DNA from: an uncultured cyanobacterium
GTDB lineage: Bacteria; Cyanobacteriota; Cyanobacteriia; CAKZMO01
DNA length: 64,000 nucleotides
Direction: 5' to 3'
Assembly: GCA_963719515.1 (NCBI GenBank)
Contig: CAVRCJ010000010.1
Span: 608,001-672,000, forward strand
Shown: positions 57,482 to 64,000 of the stretch, piece after piece
Numbering within the stretch: the first letter of the stretch is position 1
How the letters are laid out: every line of letters starts with the position of its first letter
The notes under the pieces: generated by a model
Seen by the model: the letters and a program-made list of their open reading frames with translations, nothing else
The model's database searches: none
Told to the model about the DNA's origin: nothing
Position numbers and translations under genes: made by a program

Positions 57482-58060
57482 ATGACAACGCTCAACACAT
57501 TGATCACAATTCTGCGCGATCGCGGCGGCAGCCCATATGGCGGTGAGGCGGTAACCTGCCTGCAGCACGCTCTTCAGTGCGCCACCATCGCTCAGCAAAA
57601 CGGCGAGTCAGATTCGCTGGTAGCGGCCTGTCTGCTACACGACATTGGGCACATACTGCACAACCTGGGGGAAGATGCCGTTGAACAGGGCATCAACGAT
57701 TGCCATGAGCACCTCGCGCAGCGCTACCTCGCCCCCCTGTTTTCGCCAGCTGTGACCGAGCCCATCCGGCTCCACGTGCAGGCCAAGCAGTACCTTTGCG
57801 CCATCAACCGTCGGTACTGGGAGACCCTATCTTCGGCCTCACAAGCTAGCCTAGAGTTTCAGGGCGGGGCGTTCTCTAAAGCTGAAGCCAAGCGGTTTAT
57901 TTATCAGCGTTACGCGCCTGAGGCCGTGAAGCTTCGCCTTTGGGACGATCAGGCCAAGGTGAGTCAGCACCCCACGCCCGATCTCGATCATTTCGTCCCG
58001 GTACTTCAAGCCTGTCAGACAGGCGATCGCCGACATCAGAGCCTAGAGCTTGTGGGATGA
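57482..58060 (+). CDS. PhnZ/TmpB-like HD-domain diiron oxygenase
   Basis: YGGEAV..LQHALQ, LLHDIGH, HE, LHVQAK.YL, LS..S..SL..QGG, LRLWDDQAK. Confidence 0.88.
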   Translation: MTTLNTLITILRDRGGSPYGGEAVTCLQHALQCATIAQQNGESDSLVAACLLHDIGHILHNLGEDAVEQGINDCHEHLAQRYLAPLFSPAVTEPIRLHVQAKQYLCAINRRYWETLSSASQASLEFQGGAFSKAEAKRFIYQRYAPEAVKLRLWDDQAKVSQHPTPDLDHFVPVLQACQTGDRRHQSLELVG

Positions 58061-58349
58061 TGGAAAGCTAGGAGAGGACACGCCCGGTTTTCTCTCCACT
58101 TCAAGGGGTGAATCCACAACTCTTAATGGGAACGAGCGATTGCTATATTGTAGGTGCTGCAGGAAAATGCTAGGTTAGCAGTCGATGCTTTGTTGTTTGT
58201 CGCTGGGTTGAGGCGCTCAGGAGGGAGAGCTGTGGTGAGTCAAAGAGTCTGATGCGATCGCCAGGCGCAAGCCTTCTCCCATCAAATTCAGTCCGGGCCT
58301 CTTTTTTTTGTCTTTTAATATTATTTATGATTACATTAATTAATTTGCA

Positions 58350-58625
58350 ATGGTGAGAAACTTATTTCTCTTTCTTCAACGAAAGCTGATCTACGTCCAG
58401 GCAACGAACTCGCAGGCGATAGAATTTACCCAACCCTCGCTACATTTGGGACAAAAAGTTCGGACGCAAACTGGCTATGTTGGCTACATTGTCGGTGTTG
58501 ATTTTTACCCCGAAGACCAGACCTGGGTATACGGCCTGCATCCGGGCCGACGCGACGACGACGAGCCCGTAGAGCGGGACTTTTGGCTCCCGGCAGAGGA
58601 GTTAGAACCGTTTTCTACGAGCTGA
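58350..58625 (+). CDS. Small hypothetical protein (SH3-like beta pattern)
   Basis: LGQKVRT..G.VG.IVG...WVYGL; 91 aa. Confidence 0.6.
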   Translation: MVRNLFLFLQRKLIYVQATNSQAIEFTQPSLHLGQKVRTQTGYVGYIVGVDFYPEDQTWVYGLHPGRRDDDEPVERDFWLPAEELEPFSTS

Positions 58626-58675
58626 GCATGCCCCTGCTGGCAAGAGAACCAGCGTAGAGATAAACGTTAGAAACA

Positions 58676-60193
58676 TTAGGCGAGCCGACCGTTTAAGAAG
58701 TAGGTCTCTATCGAGCCGACGCCTTGAACAAAGATTTCACCGCGCCGCTCGAACTGAAACTGGTCCTGCAGGGGGTGATAGACGTCGGCGGCAACCTGAA
58801 TTCTGCCGGGTAGACTTGTCTCCTCCATGCGGCTAGCCATGTTGACGGTGTGGCCCCACAAATCGAAAGCAAAGGTCTTCTTACCGATGACGCCAGCTAC
58901 GACCGGACCCGCATGGAATCCGATGCGCAGGCTAAAACAGCGTCCGTCGGGCCGAGAGAACTGCGACATGGCATCCTGCATATCTAGGGCCAGACTGGCG
59001 ATCGCCTTTAGATGCTCAGGCTGCGGGGAGCAAACGCTGGCGCCCACCATGTAGGCATCCCCAACGGTCTTAATTTTTTCTAAATCGTAGCGCTCAACAA
59101 GGCCGTCAAAGGCGGAGAAGATATCGTTGAGTAGCGTAACCACGGCCCTGGGCTCGGTCTTGGCCGCGAAGGGGGTAAAGTTAACGATATCCGCAAACAG
59201 GACGCTAGCCGCCTCAATGCTGTCGGCGATCGTATCGGGTTTGCGCTTGAGCCGCTGGGCAACTGAGCTAGGCAATACGTTGAGCAGCAGGTGTTCCGCC
59301 CGCTGACGCTCCTGCTTCAGCATCCGCTCAAACTCGATTCTCTCAGTAATATCTTGAACGGTGCCCTCATAGTACTGCAGCTGACCCACGTCATTCCGCA
59401 CTTCTCGCACGTTCTCACTGATCCAGATGAGCGTTCCATCCTTGCGGCAGACCCGAGAAATGGCGTCTACGATCTTCCCGGCCTGCTTCAAGTAGACGTT
59501 TAGCTCTAAGCGGCGCTTAGGCTGAGCATAAATCTGGCGGCCAATATCTTCGGTGCTCTGTATGAGGTCTTCAGGAGAGTCGTAGCCGTAGATTTCAGCT
59601 AGCGCTGGGTTGGCGGTGACGAATTGCCCTTCTGCCGTCGATTGGAAGATTCCCTCGCTGGCAAACTCGAAAATGCTCCGGTACTTGTCCTCAGCCCGCT
59701 GACGTCTACCAATTTCTTGGTTGAGCTGGGTGTTCTTCTGCGCTAACAGCTGCCCTTGGTGATGAGTTTGCTGCTGAAGGCGATACACCTGCAGATGGGT
59801 CTTCACCCGCGCCAGGACCTCCGCCGCCTGAAACGGTTTGCTGATGTAGTCTACGCCTCCTTGCTTAAAGCCCTCTACCTTATCTTCCGTACTGCTTAGG
59901 GCACTGACAAATACGATAGGAATTGAATTGAGTATGGCGTTTAGCTTGAACTGGTGGCAGACGTCGTAGCCGTTCATGTCCGGCATGCTAACGTCTAGCA
60001 GCACCAGGTCCGGAGGGGACTGGGTTGCACTGCGCAGAGCAGCAACGCCGCTCAGGGCTTTGCGAATTTGGTAGCCCTCCGGCTTCAAAATTTTCGTCAA
60101 CACCTGAATATTATCGACAACGTCATCCACAACTAAAATCGTGGATGTCACCGCAGCATCGTTCACGGTTGTCGTTTTTAGGAAAGTGGTCAT
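58676..60193 (-). CDS. Class III adenylate/guanylate cyclase with receiver and PAS domains
   Basis: ILVVDD, LLDVSMP, ISKP; PAS domain; VLFADIVNFT, KIKTVGDAYM, FDLWGHTVNMASRME. Confidence 0.94.
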   Translation of the reverse strand: MTTFLKTTTVNDAAVTSTILVVDDVVDNIQVLTKILKPEGYQIRKALSGVAALRSATQSPPDLVLLDVSMPDMNGYDVCHQFKLNAILNSIPIVFVSALSSTEDKVEGFKQGGVDYISKPFQAAEVLARVKTHLQVYRLQQQTHHQGQLLAQKNTQLNQEIGRRQRAEDKYRSIFEFASEGIFQSTAEGQFVTANPALAEIYGYDSPEDLIQSTEDIGRQIYAQPKRRLELNVYLKQAGKIVDAISRVCRKDGTLIWISENVREVRNDVGQLQYYEGTVQDITERIEFERMLKQERQRAEHLLLNVLPSSVAQRLKRKPDTIADSIEAASVLFADIVNFTPFAAKTEPRAVVTLLNDIFSAFDGLVERYDLEKIKTVGDAYMVGASVCSPQPEHLKAIASLALDMQDAMSQFSRPDGRCFSLRIGFHAGPVVAGVIGKKTFAFDLWGHTVNMASRMEETSLPGRIQVAADVYHPLQDQFQFERRGEIFVQGVGSIETYFLNGRLA

Positions 60194-60619
60194 GCGCAAA
60201 ACCGGCGTTCCCGGCAGAGTGAGGAGACTATGTAGAGGTGTAGATCGACACACTTGCACTAGCGCGGCCGCGATTGGCTCACAAATCTCAGCAAGTTCTT
60301 TAGCTTTAAAGGCCTACAGATCAAGTCTGCAATTTGGCATCAGCGGCGTCAATGATTGACGCAGAAATTGCACTTAGCAGCGCAGCGCTAGACAGTATTG
60401 CTAGGCGATCGTGAAGATATCGTTCGTCACCTCAGGCTGGACCTCAAGTCCGCCTTTCAAAAAACATTACCCCAAAACTTTAGAGTATCTTCAACCTGCA
60501 TCAAAGGAGATGAGGTCGAGATGAAGCTTGCCGCTTCTGCTGTGACATCTTCAGCAATAAATATGTTTACATGTCATATAGCGCGTATTGTTTTAAGTCG
60601 AATTAAAAGTAGGGCATTT

Positions 60620-61699
60620 ATGACAACTTCTAAGAAAGCTATTATTACGGGCGTTACGGGCCAAGATGGCTCTTACCTCAGCGAACTGCTGCTAGAGAAG
60701 GGATACGAGGTCCACGGCATCATTCGCCGCACCTCCACGTTTAACACCGACCGTATCGACCATATCTACCAAGACCCCCATAACCCAGAAGCCGAGCTCT
60801 TCCTCCACTACGGGGATCTTACTGACGGTACGACCCTGCGCCGTATCTTAGAGGAAGTCGAGCCCTCAGAAATCTATAATCTTGGTGCTCAGTCTCACGT
60901 GCGCGTCAGCTTTGACGCCCCTGAGTACACTGCTGATACCGTTGCGATGGGCACCTTGCGGCTCCTTGAGGCCGTTCGCGACTACCGCCGCCGCACGGGA
61001 AACAACGTTCGCTTTTATCAGGCTGGCTCGTCTGAGATGTTCGGCAAGGTGCAAGATGTCCCTCAGAAAGAGACCACTCCCTTCTATCCCCGTAGCCCTT
61101 ACGCCTGCGCCAAGGTCTACGCCCACTGGCAGACCCTCAACTACCGAGAGTCTTACGACATGTTTGCCTGCAACGGCATTCTGTTCAACCACGAGTCTCC
61201 TCGCCGAGGCGAAACCTTCGTCACCCGTAAGATTACCCGCGCCCTCGCTCGCATCGTTGCGGGGCAGCAAAAAGATCTCTACCTTGGCAACCTCGACTCC
61301 AAGCGCGACTGGGGCTACGCAAAAGACTACGTCCGCGCCATGTGGCTGATGCTGCAGCAGGAGCAGCCTGACGATTACGTCGTTGCTACCGGTGAGACGT
61401 ACTCCGTCCGCGAGTTTCTAGAAGTGGCCTTTGGCTACGTCAATCTCAACTGGCAAGACTACGTCAAGTTTGACGAGCGCTACCTGCGCCCTGCAGAGGT
61501 GGAGCTGCTGATTGGCGACCCCGCCAAAGCGAAAGCAAAGCTGGACTGGGAGCCATCAGTCACCTTCGAAGAGCTGGTGGGGCTGATGGTAGAGGCGGAC
61601 ATGCGATCGCTTGGTCTCATCTCCGTCAACAGCGGCTTAAATGCCGAGAATATCGAGAACGCTACTATCCGCGATCGCTTGAAGGCGACCGCTTCGTAG
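60620..61699 (+). CDS. gmd: GDP-mannose 4,6-dehydratase
   Basis: [46 protein letters not shown]. Confidence 0.97.
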   Translation: MTTSKKAIITGVTGQDGSYLSELLLEKGYEVHGIIRRTSTFNTDRIDHIYQDPHNPEAELFLHYGDLTDGTTLRRILEEVEPSEIYNLGAQSHVRVSFDAPEYTADTVAMGTLRLLEAVRDYRRRTGNNVRFYQAGSSEMFGKVQDVPQKETTPFYPRSPYACAKVYAHWQTLNYRESYDMFACNGILFNHESPRRGETFVTRKITRALARIVAGQQKDLYLGNLDSKRDWGYAKDYVRAMWLMLQQEQPDDYVVATGETYSVREFLEVAFGYVNLNWQDYVKFDERYLRPAEVELLIGDPAKAKAKLDWEPSVTFEELVGLMVEADMRSLGLISVNSGLNAENIENATIRDRLKATAS

Positions 61700-62234
61700 C
61701 TTAGCCCAGCTAGACAAGGTCCAAACGCAATAGGCTAAGCGGGTCACGTCTAGGAAATTGAGCCAAGACGTGACTTTTTGCATGATACTACTGAGAGTTT
61801 GATAGAAGGCTCGAAAGACTTTCCGTAGTACTACCAATGAAGCTGTCGCTAAGGGCGAGGCAGCCGCCGCTTACGCCTGATCTATCGTAGCTTGGCTGCT
61901 AAATTTGCTTTCCTAAAGGTAACTCTTGCAGAGTGATATCTCTGGAAATTCCTAGTGATGTCTGCAAATGACTACAAGTTTTGAATGCACACTCCTAGAT
62001 GCTATCGTGAGTGTGAGAATTCGTACAGTAAGGTGTAATCCCCTTATCTAAGCGCAAACATTTCCCTTAGAATTGAGTCTGCTCAGCGATTGAGTACTGC
62101 GCTATGGCAAGGTGCTCTTGCTGAGGCTTGTGACGTCGGCATGTCGGTGCCGGGCTCATGGCAATCGGATTAAGTCACCTCACTGTATTGTCTTTAGCCG
62201 AGTCAGCAATTCGGTATTTACTGGAGATAGCCTA

Positions 62235-63032
62235 ATGCAACCACCCAATGCTCAACCGCCGTCCCTGAGCATTCGTCGACTCGGTCAGCTCGGATTTATG
62301 GGCTGGATCAAGGGGTTAAGCGATCGCACGCGACTGATTATGATTGCTGGGCTACCGGCCTGCGGGCTGTTTTTATTCACGATTGCGGCGCTTCTACTCA
62401 AGCCCCCTCAGCAGGTGGAGCGGCGCGATACGGCTTCAGAGCGAGATACGATTTTAGCGGTTGCACCCACGACGTTGGCTCAAATTGCCCCAAGTATGGG
62501 GTCGATCGAAAAAGCGCAGCGGTTAATGGGGGTAATGCCGGTATACGAGTCGGCTTTGGCGGACAAATCCCAGCTCGTGCAGTCAGAGCTCATTTTGCAC
62601 GAGTCTCAGCGCCTTTTGCGGGCAGCGGAGGAAGAGGCCGGGGCAGGAGAGCCAGAAGACATCGACCAGTACGGGTTTTCTATGCCACGCTGTCGTCAGA
62701 TGATGGATACCAAGCGCTGTATCCTGCTGCGCTACGTAGGCGATGGGGTAAAGCTGATGGAGCAGGGAGAAAAAAGTCACGACGTCTATAGCTACGTTCA
62801 GGGCTATGTCCAGGCCCAAGCGGCGGCGATCGCTCTGTTTCCCGTACAGCCCATTGATGGCGGTGAAGTTCCCGTCAACAGCTGGCTCAACTACCGCGAA
62901 GGTTTGGCTTCGACAATTCCCTACCTCCCCAGCAGCGCGGCGGTGGGGCTGGGGCTAGGGGCTGAGCGCCAGCCCCTCAGCCCTGCAGAAAACCTGATCC
63001 GCCAAAATCCACTGCCGGGGGACGGTGAATAA
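62235..63032 (+). CDS. Hypothetical single-TM protein
   Basis: Likely start MQPPNAQ after GGAG; one TM helix; stop overlaps the next ATG (TAATG). Confidence 0.75.
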   Translation: MQPPNAQPPSLSIRRLGQLGFMGWIKGLSDRTRLIMIAGLPACGLFLFTIAALLLKPPQQVERRDTASERDTILAVAPTTLAQIAPSMGSIEKAQRLMGVMPVYESALADKSQLVQSELILHESQRLLRAAEEEAGAGEPEDIDQYGFSMPRCRQMMDTKRCILLRYVGDGVKLMEQGEKSHDVYSYVQGYVQAQAAAIALFPVQPIDGGEVPVNSWLNYREGLASTIPYLPSSAAVGLGLGAERQPLSPAENLIRQNPLPGDGE

Positions 63033-64000
63033 TGGGAAAGTTTTTATCTAGCCGCATGCAAAAGTTGCTCACCTATCCCCTAGCGGGGATTGGCCTAGCC
63101 ATGGGGATTTACGGGCTGCATAGCGCCGTCACCCCTGACTATACGGTAGATGAGCAGGTAATTTCCGACCTCTACGATCAGGCGCGGCAGTGGGAATCGT
63201 TTACCCTCACCGAGTCTATGTCGAAGCGAATGGAGGGGCTGGCGATCGCTTCTATTGGCCTGGTCGCTATCGGAAGCGCGATCGCCCTTAGCAACGCCGA
63301 GCCCAACCGTCTGGTGCCCGAGAACGATAACAAAACGCCTTTGGTTCTTCCCTCCCCCCAGGAGACCCGCGAGACGCTAATCAATCGGCTAAAAGTGCTG
63401 CTCTCGAATGAGATATGGCTCAAGCAGATGATTGGCTCCCCTATCGTCATTGTCACGGGGGGTATGGGGGGCGGAAAGAGCAGCATTGCCAACGCCATTG
63501 TGGTGCTGCGGCAGATTTTGATGGCCAACGACGCCCTCATCTTCGACCCTGACGCCGATGAAGATTTAGCGGCGGGTACCTGGCTCACGGGGCAAGTGTT
63601 TGGGACCTCCAAGCAAGGCGAGTTTAGCGACATCGCTCGCGCCTACTTACCTTTGGCCCTGTCGGGGCGAGCCAAGGGCGAGCCCGCCGTCAGCGTCATT
63701 TTCGATGAGGTCTCTAAATGGGAGCGCCTCTACGGTTTGGGCAACGAAATTAACCAGCTGGTACAGTTTGGCGCTCAGGACATCCGCAAAAAGCGGGTGC
63801 AGTACATTTTTGTCCTCCATGCTGATACCCAGATCACGGCAGACATGATTCACAGCCAGCTGCCAGCGGGGCTGTTGACCTCCCTCACCACCCAGGCGGC
63901 CATTGTCCACGTGCCGGTGAAGGCCGACGACTTTGGCAGCCCTGAGCCTATAGGCTGGGTGCGCTTCAAGGCTCCTAACCAGCCCGACATTCAAGATAAC
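63032..64000 (+). CDS. Membrane-anchored P-loop ATPase (VirD4/FtsK/HerA-like); runs off the right edge
   Basis: Not in the ORF track. Manual translation MGKFLSSRM..., two TM helices, Walker A IVTGGMGGGKS, IFDP, Walker B VIFDE, then DIRKKRVQYIFVLH. Confidence 0.8.
   Translation, partial: MGKFLSSRMQKLLTYPLAGIGLAMGIYGLHSAVTPDYTVDEQVISDLYDQARQWESFTLTESMSKRMEGLAIASIGLVAIGSAIALSNAEPNRLVPENDNKTPLVLPSPQETRETLINRLKVLLSNEIWLKQMIGSPIVIVTGGMGGGKSSIANAIVVLRQILMANDALIFDPDADEDLAAGTWLTGQVFGTSKQGEFSDIARAYLPLALSGRAKGEPAVSVIFDEVSKWERLYGLGNEINQLVQFGAQDIRKKRVQYIFVLHADTQITADMIHSQLPAGLLTSLTTQAAIVHVPVKADDFGSPEPIGWVRFKAPNQPDIQDN

Noticed and set aside
58104..58130. GGGGTGAATCC resembling part of a c-di-AMP (ydaO) riboswitch
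   Set aside because: The other conserved riboswitch elements were not found nearby.
1..64000. HIP1 (GCGATCGC) abundance as a novel repeat; tRNA or rRNA genes
   Set aside because: HIP1 is a well-known cyanobacterial feature; no tRNA or rRNA signatures were recognised by eye.

Overview
This window is from a cyanobacterial chromosome: the HIP1 octamer GCGATCGC is very frequent and the gene set is cyanobacterial. Most of it is housekeeping or ordinary accessory genes (ptrB, GH38 alpha-mannosidase, sbcD, holA, pdhB, tlyA, mgtE, RND efflux pair, MFS, ybdK-type ligase, adenylate cyclase, gmd). The first highlight is a probable defence island at about 1040-12330: a three-gene operon (794 aa, 311 aa, and a 2088-aa DEAH/DUF1998 helicase with a PLD-like tail) resembling Druantia without a methylase, between an IS3 remnant and a broken WYL regulator. 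Second is an unannotated unit at 29715-30234 made of a sigma70-like promoter, a leader of about 210 nt with several hairpins that hides the RBS, and a 91-codon ORF with one internal TAG. Third are two tnpB-only IS200/IS605 elements whose ends, TAMs and guides can be read from the sequence; one sits inside an ISAs1-like remnant. Also notable are a protease-LuxR chimera whose junction falls on a HIP1 site, a cfa-like methyltransferase next to a desaturase, a LeuB-like probable pseudo-enzyme, and a membrane-anchored P-loop ATPase at the right edge. I found no CRISPR array, tRNA or rRNA. All family calls are from motif recognition by eye; no searches were run.
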